Source: Pirellulales bacterium
GTDB taxonomy: Bacteria; Planctomycetota; Planctomycetia; Pirellulales; PALSA-1355
DNA length: 64,000 bases
Reading direction: 5' to 3'
Assembly (NCBI GenBank): GCA_963733035.1
Contig: CAVTBU010000006.1
Location: forward strand, 1,003,391 to 1,067,390
Below the pieces are notes generated by a model that worked only from the letters and a program-made list of their open reading frames with translations, was not told the DNA's origin and made no database searches. Position numbers and translations under genes: made by a program. Shown piece by piece: positions 1 to 11,404 of this stretch. Each line of letters begins with the position of its first letter. The first letter of the stretch is position 1.

Positions 1-55
1 CTGCGTCGGCCGCTGTCGAATCCTTTTTTCCGCCACACCGCAGGACCGCAACGTC

Positions 56-1134
56 ATGACGAAAACTTCTACTATCCATTCGCCAGACGATGCGGGGCTC
101 GCGCGGCTCGCGGCGGATTTAGTACGATTGGGCGGTGAGATGGATCGCAGCGGCGCCTGGCCCGCCGAGCAATTGCGCCTTTGTGGCGAGGCCGGAGTAT
201 TCGAGTGGTTCATGCCGCGGCACTGGGGCGGACAGGAGTGGAGCGAGTTGGACGTGACGCGCGGTTACCTGCAGTTGAGCGCGGCCTGTCTGACCACGAC
301 GTTTGTCATCACCCAGCGGACCGGGGCGTGCCAGCGGATTGCCGGCTGCGAAATCGAGCCGCTGAAGGAGCGGTTGCTACCGGATTTGGTGTCGGGCAAG
401 TCCTTTGCCACGGTGGGCATTTCGCATCTGACGACCAGTCGCCGGCACTTGGGCCGCCCCGTGCTGCGGGCCGAAGAAGTGGAGGGCGGCTTCATGCTCG
501 ATGGCTTTTCGCCGTGGGTCACCGGTGCAGACCATGCCAGCGTAATTGTGACTGGCGCGGAACTGGCCGACGGCCGGCAGATTCTGGTGGCATTGCCCAC
601 CGATGCGCCTGGAGTGACGATTCCCGCGCCGCCCGAGCTGGTCGGTATTTCGGCCAGCCACACCGGCGAAGTCCGTTTGGACAACGTACGTCTCGAGGCG
701 GAGTGGCTGTTGGCCGGGCCGGTCGAGAACGTGATGAAGATCGGTGCCGGCGCGAACACGGGTGGTTTGCAGACCTCGACACTGGCGATTGGGCTGGCCG
801 GCGCGGCAGTGACGTACTTGGAAGGCGAAGTCGCCAAGCGACCTGATTTGGAGACGCCGGCCGTGGAGCTGCGCCGCGATCAGCGGAAGCTGGAGGCGAC
901 GCTGTTGGAGTTGGCCACCGGGAACCAGGTGTGCAGCAACGAACAGCTTCGGGCAGGCGCGAACAGCATCGCCCTGCGCGCAGCCAGGCGGCCCTGGCCG
1001 CCGCGAAGGGAACCGGATACATCGTGGGTCATCCGGCCGGCCGCTGGTGCCGCGAGGCGCTGTTCTTTCTGGTGTGGAGCTGTCCGCAGGGTGTGATGGC
1101 GGCGAATTTATGCGAGCTAGCGGGGATTGACTGA
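56..1134 (+). CDS. Acyl-CoA dehydrogenase family protein (frameshift ~985)
   Basis: ACAD-type motifs (WGGQEWS, LDGFSPWVTG, SHTGEV). The C-terminus QAALAAAKGTGY...HPAGRWCREALFFLVWSCP continues in the 931..1134 frame. Confidence 0.85.
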
Positions 1135-1150
1135 ACGGCGCCCCGCCCCC

Positions 1151-1179
1151 TTGCGCCCTAGCCCCAAATGGGCTATGAT
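1151..1179 (+). promoter_or_regulatory. Putative sigma70 promoter of cysC
   Basis: TTGCGC-17 nt-TATGAT, about 60 nt upstream of the cysC ATG, which has an AGGAG SD. Confidence 0.5.
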
Positions 1180-1241
1180 TTGCGGTTTGTCGTTATCGAA
1201 GAAAATTGTGAGAGAGTAAGAATAGGAGTGCAGGCGCGACC

Positions 1242-1895
1242 ATGGTTAACGATACGAATGTTCACTGGCACGATCACAGCGTAAGCCGCGAAGAACGAGA
1301 GGCCCTCAAGGGGAACAAGGGTTGTGTGATTTGGTTCACCGGCTTGAGCGCCTGCGGCAAGAGCACCGTCTCGAACCTGGTCGACCACTTGTTGCACAAG
1401 CGGGGCGTGCACAGCTACGTGCTCGACGGCGACAACGTGCGTCATGGCCTGAATGCCGGCCCGGGGATGCTCAAGGAACGGCATGGCGAGGAGTTCGCCA
1501 AGCGATTTGGCCTGGGTTTCTCGGCGCAAGACCGCGAAGAGAACATTCGTCGCATTGGTGCGGTGGCGAAGCTATTTGCCGAAGCTGGCACGGTGACGCT
1601 GACCGCCTTCATTAGCCCCTATCGCCGCGACCGCGATGCGGTGCGGGCAGCGATGAACGAGGGGGACTTCATCGAGATCTTCGTCGATGCCCCGATCGAG
1701 GTTTGCGAAGCCCGCGATCCCAAGGGGTTGTACAAGAAGGCGCGTGCGGGCGAGATCAAGGGCTTTACCGGGATCGACGATCCGTACGAAGCGCCCGAAA
1801 AGCCCGAGCTGGTGCTCGACGCGGGGACCAAGGACGCCGAAACCTTGGCTGGGGAAGTGATTGCCTACCTTGAGAAGACCGGCAAGATTCATTAG
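1242..1895 (+). CDS. cysC: Adenylyl-sulfate (APS) kinase
   Basis: [13 protein letters not shown]-loop, [46 protein letters not shown]. Confidence 0.97.
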   Translation: MVNDTNVHWHDHSVSREEREALKGNKGCVIWFTGLSACGKSTVSNLVDHLLHKRGVHSYVLDGDNVRHGLNAGPGMLKERHGEEFAKRFGLGFSAQDREENIRRIGAVAKLFAEAGTVTLTAFISPYRRDRDAVRAAMNEGDFIEIFVDAPIEVCEARDPKGLYKKARAGEIKGFTGIDDPYEAPEKPELVLDAGTKDAETLAGEVIAYLEKTGKIH

Positions 1896-2196
1896 TTCGA
1901 ACTAAGGTTTTGGATGTGCCAGCATGCACAAAGCGCGCCAATCGGGGGCGTGCTATCGTCGTGCGTCGCTCTTTCTGGTTGACATCGCTCGCGTGCCCAC
2001 TACATTGAATTGGGCGTGCGGTCGACGCGATGGGGGCGGTATCAACTGAATCCGCCACCGTGCTCCTCCCCGCTCGCGACTTACCGGCGTGATGGGCACC
2101 ATGCAGGATGTTTGCCCACGTGGAACCGCAGTGAGTTTCGCCGCGCTGACCGCAGTTAGAATTGTTCTTCAATGTCCAGGGAGGGAGGCGGCATCA

Positions 2197-2415
2197 ATGC
2201 CAGTACTCACGGCAAAAGATGTGCAGGCTAAAGCGCAACAGGCGCTGGCCGAGAGTCCCGTCTTCGCGCTACGCGAGATCCTCGTCGAGCGTGACGGCGA
2301 CACGCTCATTCTCATCGGCGAAGTCTGCAGCTTTTATCACAAGCAGATGGCGCAGGAAATCGTGCGCCAACATGGCGAAGGCGTGGAAGTCGTCAATACG
2401 ATCCACGTGCAGTAG
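2197..2415 (+). CDS. Small BON-domain-like protein (planctomycete type)
   Basis: GGGAGG SD before ATG 2197; LIGEVCSFYHKQMAQEIVR...VVNTIHV pattern. Confidence 0.8.
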   Translation: MPVLTAKDVQAKAQQALAESPVFALREILVERDGDTLILIGEVCSFYHKQMAQEIVRQHGEGVEVVNTIHVQ

Positions 2416-3503
2416 CCTGTTGCTCGCGGCGGCCGGCCGCCAGCACTACGCGGCGCAAACGACTGCGCCTGCGCGGTGAGTTGCTCGGCCACGGTTTCGT
2501 AAACGCGTTCGACCGTTAGCAGCCGCATACAATCGTGGTGCTTCAGCGGGCAAGCGCGTCGTCCGCAAGGCCCACAGGGCACCGCGTGGTTCAAACAAAC
2601 TTCGCGCGGATAGTGCGTACGGGTCCAGGCCTTGTCGGTTGGTCCGAACAGCGTGATTACCGGCACGTCAAAGGCCACGGCAAAGAACCGCGGACCGCTA
2701 TCGGTGGTGACCATCAGCCGGCTGCGACGAATGCAGGCCTTGGTCAAGCCGATTGAGATCGGTTCATCGGCCAGGCTCACCACGCGGGGATGATTCGCCG
2801 TGTTGACAATTTCCCGGGCAATCTCGCGCTCGTTCGGCCCGCACGTGACCAGCACCGCCAAGCCCTTTCGGGTGGCGATTCGCTCGGCCAGCCGGGCGAA
2901 GTATTCGGTGGGCCAGAGCTTGGCGGCACCGTAGGCGCCGCTTGAGTTGAGCACGACCACCTGGTCTCCCGGCGGCAAGTTCCACTTCTCCCAAACCGCG
3001 TCGGCGGCGGCCTCATCGGCGATGAGCGTGGCCAGTTCGAGCCGGGGCGACTGGGGTTCGCAACCGAGCGCGTAAGCAATGTGCAGGTAGGCGTCGATGG
3101 CGGGGAACGGAAGCCGGTGAAATCCGACGCGCGGGGCGTAGACCTTGTGCGTTAGCAGCAGGCTTCGCCCATAGCGCACGTACCCGACACGCTGCGCCGC
3201 GCCGCTGGCTCGCGCCAAAATCGCCGTCCGCATCGAGTTGGTAAGCAGCACCATTGTGTCGAAGCCAGCTCGCCGCATGGCAGCCAGTGCGGCCGGCGTG
3301 CGTTCGGCGGGATTCGACGAACGCGGGTTGAACAGAATGCGGCCGCTTAGCCAGGGCGTGCCGGCCAAGACCTCCGACACGTAGGGCCGCATGATGCCGA
3401 TCATTTTCGCACCGGGGCCATAGTGCTGACGCAGTGCGCGGAGCGTCGGCGTGCACATGGCCGCATCGCCGACCCAATTGGGGATGAACACGCCGATTTT
3501 CAC
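2337..3503 (-). CDS. waaF: LPS heptosyltransferase II (GT9); 3' end uncertain
   Basis: PNWVGDAAM, GAYGAAKLWP, TDSGPRFFAVA, LFGPT. GTG start with GGGAG SD. The ORF runs into the BON gene, so the true stop may have been lost to an indel. Confidence 0.88.
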   Translation of the reverse strand: MKIGVFIPNWVGDAAMCTPTLRALRQHYGPGAKMIGIMRPYVSEVLAGTPWLSGRILFNPRSSNPAERTPAALAAMRRAGFDTMVLLTNSMRTAILARASGAAQRVGYVRYGRSLLLTHKVYAPRVGFHRLPFPAIDAYLHIAYALGCEPQSPRLELATLIADEAAADAVWEKWNLPPGDQVVVLNSSGAYGAAKLWPTEYFARLAERIATRKGLAVLVTCGPNEREIAREIVNTANHPRVVSLADEPISIGLTKACIRRSRLMVTTDSGPRFFAVAFDVPVITLFGPTDKAWTRTHYPREVCLNHAVPCGPCGRRACPLKHHDCMRLLTVERVYETVAEQLTAQAQSFAPRSAGGRPPRATGYCTWIVLTTSTPSPCWRTISCAICL

Positions 3504-3557
3504 GCCACGTCTCCCTGACTGTCGGTCGAACATGCCTTGCCGGCATCGCTCAACCTG

Positions 3558-4186
3558 CTAACGACCTGCCCCGTTCAGATGCGTGGGAGGATACGTGTAT
3601 TGGCCAATTCGTGGAATGCCAGCCGGAACGCGCAACAGATGTTCGATTTGATCGGCGGCCGCCAGCAGGTCGGCGGCGACCAGATCAGGTTTTACGTTCA
3701 CTTCGGGCTCGCCTGTGCCTCTGCGCCGGTCTGCACGAGCACTGTGCGGCAACCAGCAGCGCGTCCAGCAGCGACGTCGGACAACTTGTCGCCGATAGCA
3801 ACGCTGGCAGACAAGTCGAGCCCGTGGTCTTGCGCTGCTTGCAGCAGCATGCCCGGCGCCGGTTTGCGAAGCGGCGAGTCGCGGCGAAATTCCCCCAGGC
3901 CCTCGGTCGGATGAAAGGGGCAAAAATAGATGCCGGCAATCTTGATGCCTCCGTCGTGCAGCAATCGGCACAAGGCGGCGTTGAACGTATGCATTTGGGC
4001 TTCGCTGAAATAGCCCCGACCGATGCCCGACTGGTTCGTCGTGATGAACAGTTTAAAACCGAGCGACTGTAACTTGCGCAAGCCCGCGCACACGTTCTCG
4101 ACAAGCAGCAGATCTTTCACGCGATGCGCATAGCCGACGTCGACGTTGAGGGTGCCGTCGCGATCAAGAAAGATGGCTGGTTTCAC
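3558..4186 (-). CDS. gmhB: D-glycero-D-manno-heptose 1,7-bisphosphate phosphatase (HAD IIIA; frameshift ~3710)
   Basis: FLDRDGTLN, TNQSGIGRGYF, CPFHP, RKPAPGM, IGDKLSD. The tail KPDLVAADLLAAA lies in the 3558..3971 frame. Confidence 0.92.
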
Positions 4187-4224
4187 CGGACAAGTCCATC
4201 GTGGAGTTGGATTGCTGCTGTTGA

Positions 4225-5272
4225 CTAGGCAGCGGCCGCGCCTGGCGATGCGTATTGCAAGGCTGCATCCAGAACTTCGTTTACCGTGATGCGGGCCATC
4301 AGGGCATCGCCTTGTTCTTTGGGAACGCTGGGGTCTTCGCCAATTTCCTGCGGGGCGACCAGCAGCGTGTGGCGCGTTCCGAGCGGTGCCCATTTGGCGG
4401 GCACATGGGCCGGATGCGGACTAAACAGGGCGACCGTGGGCGTGCCGACCACCCCGGCCACGTGCATCGGCCCCGTGCTGGAAACGATCAAGACTTGTTG
4501 CGCAAATCGCCGCGGTCAGTTCCGGCAATGTCAGGTTGGTGTAACGCGCGACGCGCGACCGCAGCCCCGAGTCGAGCTGGCCGCTAACCTCTTCCAGCAG
4601 CGACTGTTCGTCCGGGCTGCCGGTCAACATGACCCGGCCATGTGGTGCCAGGCGACGGACCAACTCGGCGTAGTGCGAAACGGGCCAATTGTAGGCGCTG
4701 TTCTTGTTGCCCGGATGGACCCCAAACAACGGGCCTTCGCTGCCCAGATCTCTCGCGATCCGTTCGGTGACGCGCTGTTTCGCGGCCGGGTCGACTGGAA
4801 AGCGGGGGAGCTGAATTGGCTTGGATGCCGCGACCCCCAACTTTGCGGCGAAGGCCATGGCGAACGCGGCTTCGTGAATCGGCGGACGGCTGCGGTGCAA
4901 CATGACCGGATGCGTGGAGGTGAGCCAGCCGACGGGCTTGTATCCCCAGCCGACGCGGCAAGGAATGCGTGCCGCACGCACCGCCAGGCAGTTGCGAGTA
5001 TTCGTATTAAATACGAGCGCGGCGTCAAAGCGCTCCGTTGCCAGCCGGCGACCCAGCGCCCACGCGCTTTCGTCAGGCTCGTCGTAAAGCAGCTCGTCGA
5101 TCGCCGGATGTTCGGAAACCAACGGCCCGGCATAGCGGCTTGCCAGCAGCGTGAGACGCGCCTCGGGCAGCTGTGCCCGTAGGGCCTCGATGGCGGGCAG
5201 CGTCAGCACCAGGTCGCCGACGCGATCGTTTCTCACCAGCAGGATCTTGCCTGGTTGCTTGGACGCTGCCAT
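4225..5272 (-). CDS. Glycosyltransferase family 9 (heptosyltransferase-like; frameshift ~4495)
   Basis: ILLVRNDRVGDLVLTLP, HPG...NWP. C-terminal STGPMHVAGVVGTPTVALF is in the 4225..4491 frame. Confidence 0.88.
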
Positions 5273-5304
5273 CAATTGGTTGCCTCAAATTATGACGGCG
5301 CGGC

Positions 5305-6135
5305 TTAGGCGGCGTCGCGCTGTCCGATATCTTGGTGAGCCGCGGCGGGGTGCTCGAGTTCGGGGTCGGGTTGCGGAAGTGCGTGCTGCATTTCCCACAT
5401 CCGCACTTGCTTGGCAAACGATGAGAAACCGGTGAGCACGCTGAGCTGCAAGCCGGCCAGTCCGTCGAGAAATCCCAAGCGAAAGATGTAGCAGTGCAAG
5501 AACCGAAAGGGGAGCGCGAACATCATCGACCAGAAGTTTGCCCGGCGTCCGGCCTGATATTTGTTTTGAGCTCCCTGCACCGTGTAGCGCTGGAGCTTGC
5601 GAAAGTATTGATCGTAGGTCCAGTAGGTGAAGTGCGTGAGTCGGTGCTTGAGCTTGCCGACGTTGCCGGTGGTGATGCCGACTTCGGCATGATCGCTTTC
5701 GCCCTGGTAACGTCCAAGGTCGCGGCGAAACAGTCGCAATACTTTGTCGGCGCCCCAGCCAGCGTAGCGAATGCGGTGTCCCAAAAAGTAGTTGGCGCGA
5801 TAGATGTCGTAGCCGTCGCGCTTTGGGCCGGCCGTGAGCAGGGCGTTGATCTCGTCGGCCAACTCCGGTGATACGCGTTCGTCGGAGTCGACGATCAGCA
5901 CCCACTCGTGCCTGGCCTGCGGGATGGCCCAATTCTTGAAGTTGCCAGAATTGATGTACTCGCGTTCGACAATCCGGCAACCGCCCAGCGAGCGCACAAT
6001 GTCGAGCGTGCCATCGGTCGAACCGGAATCGGCCACTAGAATCTCATCGCCCACCAGCTTGGCCGACAGTACGCAAGGACGGATGTTCTTGCGCTCGTTC
6101 TTGCAGGGAATGATGACGGTCAGCTTTTGCTTCAT
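5305..6135 (-). CDS. Glycosyltransferase family 2 (KdtX/WaaE-like LPS core GT)
   Basis: VIIPCKNE, ADSGSTDGT, WVLIVDSDER, GFLDGLAG. Confidence 0.88.
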   Translation of the reverse strand: MKQKLTVIIPCKNERKNIRPCVLSAKLVGDEILVADSGSTDGTLDIVRSLGGCRIVEREYINSGNFKNWAIPQARHEWVLIVDSDERVSPELADEINALLTAGPKRDGYDIYRANYFLGHRIRYAGWGADKVLRLFRRDLGRYQGESDHAEVGITTGNVGKLKHRLTHFTYWTYDQYFRKLQRYTVQGAQNKYQAGRRANFWSMMFALPFRFLHCYIFRLGFLDGLAGLQLSVLTGFSSFAKQVRMWEMQHALPQPDPELEHPAAAHQDIGQRDAA

Positions 6136-6139
6136 GACA

Positions 6140-7690
6140 TCAGCCTGCTCGACGCAAGTTGGGCGGTGTCGCGGGAGAGGCGGTTGCCGTCTGGGCTGTC
6201 GTCGGCGCCGGTTCGCCCCGAGCGAGCGACGAGAGAATGTTGGTGGTGGAGATGCCATCGACGAGCCCAGTGACGCAGACACGGCCGCCGTAGGACTCGA
6301 CGATCTCATGTCCCACGACTTGCTGCGGAGTGTAGGTTCCACCTTTGACCAACACTTCGGGACGAATGGCTTCCAGCAGCGCGTGCGGCGTGTCTTCGTC
6401 GAACACGACGACGTAGTTCACACAGGCCAGAGCCGCCAGCATCGCGGCGCGGTCGGCTTCGCTGATAACCGGCCGGCTGGGGCCTTTGAGCCGCCTGACA
6501 CTGGAGTCGCTGTTAACGCCTACGACCAGCAGGTTTCCCAGGGCCGCCGCTTCGGCGAGGTAGCTCACGTGACCCACGTGGAGCAGGTCGAAACAGCCGT
6601 TGGTGAAGACGATTTTTTGTCCCCGGCGTCGATGCTGTTCGGCGATTTGCGTCATCTGTGCGAGTGTGACGACTTTGGACGCGCTGCCATGTCGGATCGA
6701 GAGTAGCTCGGCCCGAATCTCGTCGCGGTAGAGGACCGTCACTCCGGCGCGCTCGACTTCCAGGCCCGCCGCGACGTTACCCAGCCGGACGGCATCGTCA
6801 GGGGTCGTGCCCGATGCCAGACACAGGCCGACCATCGCCAGGACCATGTCGCCCGCCCCCGTGATGTCGTAGATCGAACGGGCCTGCGTGGGAAAGAACT
6901 CGCCGAAACCGGTTTGCTCGACCAGCAGCATGCCGTCGCGATCGAGCGTGACCAAGGCCATCTTGGCGTCGAGCTGTTCGCATAGCTTGCGCCCGGCCGC
7001 CATGGCGTCCGTCGGCTGGGCAATCTTGATGCCGGTGGCATGTTCGGTTTCGCTGCGGTTGGGCTTAATGACCGTCACGCCGCGGTAGTTTTCCAGCGGA
7101 CACGACAGGCTCGGGTCGACGACGATTGGAATTCCAACCAGCGTAGCGGCGTTGATGGCCGCCCGCAGCACGCGGGGCGTGCAGACGCCTTTGCCGTAGT
7201 CGGAGATTAGCAACGCGTCGTGCCACGGCATCCGCGATTCAATTCTTTCGATGAGCTCCTCTTCCAGCGGCGTATCAATTGCCGCGCAGCTTTCGTGGTC
7301 GACGCGGAGGATCTGGCTGGGGTGTCGACTATCGGCTCGACCGACGAACCGCTCCTTGACGGAGGTTGGACGGGTCGGATCGGCGACGATCGCCTCGCAG
7401 CAGGCGCCGGCCGCATCGAGCAGCCTACGTAACTCCTCGCCGGCCGCGTCCGCTCCGATGACGCCTGCACAAGTCACGTCGGCTTCGAGGGCTAAAAGCA
7501 TGTTGGCCACATTGGCAGCCCCGCCGGGGCGAGCTTCGCGGCCATCGGCGCGGAGCACGATGACAGGGGCTTCTTGGCTGATTCGCTGGGCATCGCCGTA
7601 GGTATAGCGATCGAGCAACAGATCGCCGAGGACGAGAACCTTGGGACGATCAAGCCGTTCCAATACGCGCGCCAAATCGTGGGGACTCAT
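6140..7690 (-). CDS. hldE: Bifunctional heptose 7-phosphate kinase / heptose 1-phosphate adenylyltransferase
   Basis: GDLLLDRY...RISQEAP, GGAANVA, SDYGKG, DITGAGD, FTNGCFDLLHVGH. Confidence 0.96.
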   Translation of the reverse strand: MSPHDLARVLERLDRPKVLVLGDLLLDRYTYGDAQRISQEAPVIVLRADGREARPGGAANVANMLLALEADVTCAGVIGADAAGEELRRLLDAAGACCEAIVADPTRPTSVKERFVGRADSRHPSQILRVDHESCAAIDTPLEEELIERIESRMPWHDALLISDYGKGVCTPRVLRAAINAATLVGIPIVVDPSLSCPLENYRGVTVIKPNRSETEHATGIKIAQPTDAMAAGRKLCEQLDAKMALVTLDRDGMLLVEQTGFGEFFPTQARSIYDITGAGDMVLAMVGLCLASGTTPDDAVRLGNVAAGLEVERAGVTVLYRDEIRAELLSIRHGSASKVVTLAQMTQIAEQHRRRGQKIVFTNGCFDLLHVGHVSYLAEAAALGNLLVVGVNSDSSVRRLKGPSRPVISEADRAAMLAALACVNYVVVFDEDTPHALLEAIRPEVLVKGGTYTPQQVVGHEIVESYGGRVCVTGLVDGISTTNILSSLARGEPAPTTAQTATASPATPPNLRRAG

Positions 7691-7881
7691 AGGGCGTCCT
7701 TGTCCTATGCGGCGTCGATCGATGTATCAGGTGAATGTACGAATCGCCCGGGCCATCGCATTGCTAGCATCCTTGTCGGCGAAGCGGCCGGGCGGGGGCG
7801 CGATTATCGACCGTGATGCCAACTCGAAGCAATAGAGAAATCGGCGGAATGACGCGCCCCGCAAGGTGCACATGCAACAAG

Positions 7882-8971
7882 CTATGCGACGGCGGCCAGG
7901 GCCTGTTCGAGCTCTTCGCCACCACGAGGACCGATGGTCAGGTGTGCCTGACGAGCGGCAGGGGAGTCGGCTACCGCCGGATCTAGCGTGACCAGCACGT
8001 TGAAGTCGGCCCGACCGCTGAACCGGCCCTTGCCGGGTAGGAGCAGGATTTCAACCTCTGGCTTGTCCACTCGCCGCGCTGCGAACCGCTTTCTGGCCCA
8101 CGTGGCAGCCGGGTGCGCTTGCACGGTTTCGCCCACCAGCTGAATTGCCAGATCGTCGAGCGACCGCTTCTCGAGGCCGTTGCGGCAGCGGGTGAGCCGG
8201 CCTTTGCGCAGCAGGTAGTCTACGTTTTTTCCCTGCTTCCAATGGGCCGGCATGCTGGCTTCATTGGGATGCCACAGATGAAAGGTGTGGGTCCAGCGGA
8301 GAATTGACGCCACGCCAACGCCGGCCTTCCGCAGCCGGTGGCGCAGGTCGTCGTCCTCGCAGCCCCAGCCCTCGAAGTTTTCGTCGTAGCCATTCACGCG
8401 TTCGTAGTCGCGCCGCCAGATGCCGACGTTGTTGCCGATGAGCTTCGGCTTCGTTGGATGGCGAATCAGTCGATAAAAGCGGCTCGAGCGGTCGATCTTT
8501 CGCAGGCGTTTCAGCTCACTGGCCGGTCCCCAGCCGGTGAACTCGCCTGAGTGGATCACCTCGAGCGTGACCCGCGCCGACGCCGGTTCATCGAGGCGGC
8601 AGCAATCGCCGGCCATTACCGTGTGCGGGCGGCGATGCGCGTAAGTGCTGCCACACGTGGTCGCGGGGTAGTATGCAATCGCCGTCGAGGAAGAGCAGGT
8701 AGGGAGCCTGGCTGGCCTTGGCCCCTTCATTGCGGCACCGCGACAGGCGAAACACGGTGTGCTCGTGCGTGGTAAAGCCGACGCGAAACGGCACTCGCCG
8801 GGCAAACTCGGCAACGATCTGGGGTGTTTCGTCCGTCGAGCCGTCGTCGGTGACGACCAACTCCATGCGACCCTCGACTCCCTGTTGCAGGGCGATCGAT
8901 TCGAGCGCCCGACGCAGATGCGCAGGCCGCTGGTAGGTCGACATCAACAGGGCGATTTCTGGCGGGCTCAT
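7882..8971 (-). CDS. Glycosyltransferase family 2 (frameshift ~8635)
   Basis: STYQRP, TDDGSTD, RCRNEG, FLDGDC in one frame; VNGYDENFEGWGCEDDDL and HLWH in the other. Confidence 0.87.
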
Positions 8972-9056
8972 GGGCGGCGAAGATACCCCGCGCCATAGGG
9001 TTTGGCCAATAGCAGTCGGGCGAATGGTGATTTGCTAGCGAGCTGTCCGTCGAGGT

Positions 9057-10124
9057 CTAGACACTGGCTTGCGCGATTTCGACCAGCGGCGTCAGCGCCA
9101 TTTCTAGGTCAGCCTGGCCCCTGGCGATTTCCAAACGGCTGGCCAATGCGAACAGCGGAGTTTTGGCGGGCCAGCGGTCGCTGATTTTCACCAGGTCTTT
9201 GAACGTGCACACCACCGCTGCGATACTGCTGGAATCTGCCCAGTTGGCAAGGCTCGTCAGGTCGTCGTGCGGATAGGCAAAGTGATCGGGCAGTTCGCGG
9301 AAGGCTTGCATTTTGTAGCCGCACCCGGCGAGCGCGCGTCGAAAGCCATCTGGATTTCCGATGCCGCAAAAGGCCGCGAGCGGTTGGCCCACCAGTGAGT
9401 CGAGCGGCGGCTCGCTGCCATCGCAGGCTCGTAAGGCTTTCGGTGCGTAGGTGGCTTCTAGCCAAATGGCGCGCGGTGCGAACTGCAAGGCCCGGCGGCG
9501 TACTTCCGCGCGGGCGGCTGCGTCGAGCTGTTCGCTGCGCGTCAGCATGAAGGCATTGGCCCGTGCCCAGCCGGCCAGCGGTTCGCGGAGCGTGCCACGC
9601 GGGAAAACGTGGTCGAAGCCGAACGGTTCCAATGCGTCGATCAACACCAGGTCGAAGTCGCGCGCCAGCCGGCGATGCTGGAAACCGTCGTCGAGCAGAA
9701 TCAGCTGGCAGCCAAACTGGGCGACGGCACGCTGCGCCCCGCGCACGCGGTCGGGATCCAACACGTGCGGCACGTCGGGCAGCTTCTTTGCCAGCTCGAG
9801 CGCCTCGTCGTTTGGTTGCCCATTTTGCGAGCCGTAGCCTCGGCTGACGAGTCCCACCCGCACGCCGCGATCGACGAGCCAGCGGGCGAGCCATTCCACG
9901 GCTGGCGTCTTGCCGGTGCCGCCGAGGGTCAGGTTGCCGACGCTGATCACCGGCACGCGCGCGCGATGCGTTGCCGCTCGGCCGGTGTCGTAGCGCCAGT
10001 TGCGCACCCGCACGGCGGCGGAATAGGGGAGCTCGAGCGACCCGAGCGCGGCACGGGCCAGCGCGGCCTTCAGCCCGCGGCGGCGGCCGCTTACCAGGTC
10101 GCGAAACTGGCTGGGTCCGAGCAA
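9057..10124 (-). CDS. lpxK: Tetraacyldisaccharide 4'-kinase
   Basis: VISVGNLTLGGTGKTP, SRGYG, LDDGFQHRRLARD, PRGTLREP, CGIGNP. Confidence 0.96.
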   Translation of the reverse strand: MLGPSQFRDLVSGRRRGLKAALARAALGSLELPYSAAVRVRNWRYDTGRAATHRARVPVISVGNLTLGGTGKTPAVEWLARWLVDRGVRVGLVSRGYGSQNGQPNDEALELAKKLPDVPHVLDPDRVRGAQRAVAQFGCQLILLDDGFQHRRLARDFDLVLIDALEPFGFDHVFPRGTLREPLAGWARANAFMLTRSEQLDAAARAEVRRRALQFAPRAIWLEATYAPKALRACDGSEPPLDSLVGQPLAAFCGIGNPDGFRRALAGCGYKMQAFRELPDHFAYPHDDLTSLANWADSSSIAAVVCTFKDLVKISDRWPAKTPLFALASRLEIARGQADLEMALTPLVEIAQASV

Positions 10125-10312
10125 GGCGGCATCCTGACGGGTAAAGCCGAACGGGTTCGATCCCTGAACGGGCCGCAGTATGACGTGATTTTACCGCACG
10201 ACAATGTCGATTGCCGCGATGCTTCGTTCCGCTCGCGGCTAGCAATGCCAACGGGCCGCCGGCTTTTGCTGCCAGCGGCCCGGGCGGTTTGCGGTTCGTT
10301 GGGCGGTGCCGC

Positions 10313-11404
10313 CTACAGCTTGTTGCAAATGGCTTCGGCCATTTCGCGGGTGCCGACGGCGGTCGGGTCGTTGCGGTCGGCCTTCAGGTCGTAGGTGACC
10401 GACTTGCCTTCGGCGATCACGTCGGCCACGGCCTTTTCGAGCCGCGCGGCCGCGTCGGTTTCGCCCATGTGGCGAAGCATCAGCATGCCCGAGAGGATCA
10501 GGGCCGTGGGGTTGACCTTGTTCTTGCCCTTGTACTTGGGGGCGCTGCCGTGGGTGGCTTCGAACACGGCGCCGTCGGGACCGATGTTGGCTCCCGGTGC
10601 CACGCCCAATCCGCCCACCAGGCCGGCGGCCAGGTCGCTCAGAATGTCGCCATACAGGTTCGGCAGCACCAGCACGTCGTATAGCTCCGGCTTTTGCACC
10701 AGCTGCATGCACATGTTGTCGACGATCCGCTCTTCGAACTCGATGTTCGGATACTCTTTGGCCACCTCCATCGCCGTGTGCAGCCACAGCCCGTCGGTGA
10801 ACTTCATGATGTTGGCCTTGTGCACGCAGGTGACCTTCTTGCGGCCGTTGTCGCGGGCATAGTCGAAGGCGCACTTTACAATCCGCTTGGTGCCGCTGAC
10901 GCTGATCGGCTTGATCGAAATGCCGGTTTCGGTCTCGCCGGTCTTTACCTTCCGCTCCGAGAGCTTGTTGATCTCGGCGATCAGTTCGGCCGTTTCGGGC
11001 TTGCCCTTTTCGAACTCGATGCCGGCGTACAGGTCTTCGGTGTTTTCGCGAACGATGACCAGGTCGACCGGCAGCGAACTGAAGTACGAGCGAACGCCCT
11101 TGTATTGCTTGCAGGGGCGGATGCAGGCGTACAGGCCCAGGGCTTGCCGCAGGTGGACGTTGATGCTGCGAAAGCCGGTGCCCACGGGCGTGGTGATCGG
11201 GGCCTTCAAGGCACACTTGGTGCGCCGGACGCTTTCCATCACGCCCTCGGGCAGCGGCGTGCCCAGGCGTTCCATCACGTCGACGCCGGCTTCCTGCACG
11301 TCCCAATTGATTTTGACGCCCGTGGCGTCGACACAACGCTTGGCGGCCTCGGCCAATTCCGGCCCGGTGCCGTCACCGGTAATCAACGTAACCTCATGTG
11401 CCAT
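10313..11404 (-). CDS. icd: Isocitrate dehydrogenase (isocitrate/isopropylmalate family)
   Basis: [50 protein letters not shown]. Confidence 0.9.
   Translation of the reverse strand: MAHEVTLITGDGTGPELAEAAKRCVDATGVKINWDVQEAGVDVMERLGTPLPEGVMESVRRTKCALKAPITTPVGTGFRSINVHLRQALGLYACIRPCKQYKGVRSYFSSLPVDLVIVRENTEDLYAGIEFEKGKPETAELIAEINKLSERKVKTGETETGISIKPISVSGTKRIVKCAFDYARDNGRKKVTCVHKANIMKFTDGLWLHTAMEVAKEYPNIEFEERIVDNMCMQLVQKPELYDVLVLPNLYGDILSDLAAGLVGGLGVAPGANIGPDGAVFEATHGSAPKYKGKNKVNPTALILSGMLMLRHMGETDAAARLEKAVADVIAEGKSVTYDLKADRNDPTAVGTREMAEAICNKL

Noticed and set aside
10140..10180. GGGTTCGATCCC resembling a tRNA T-arm
   Set aside because: No acceptor, D or anticodon arms can be built around it.
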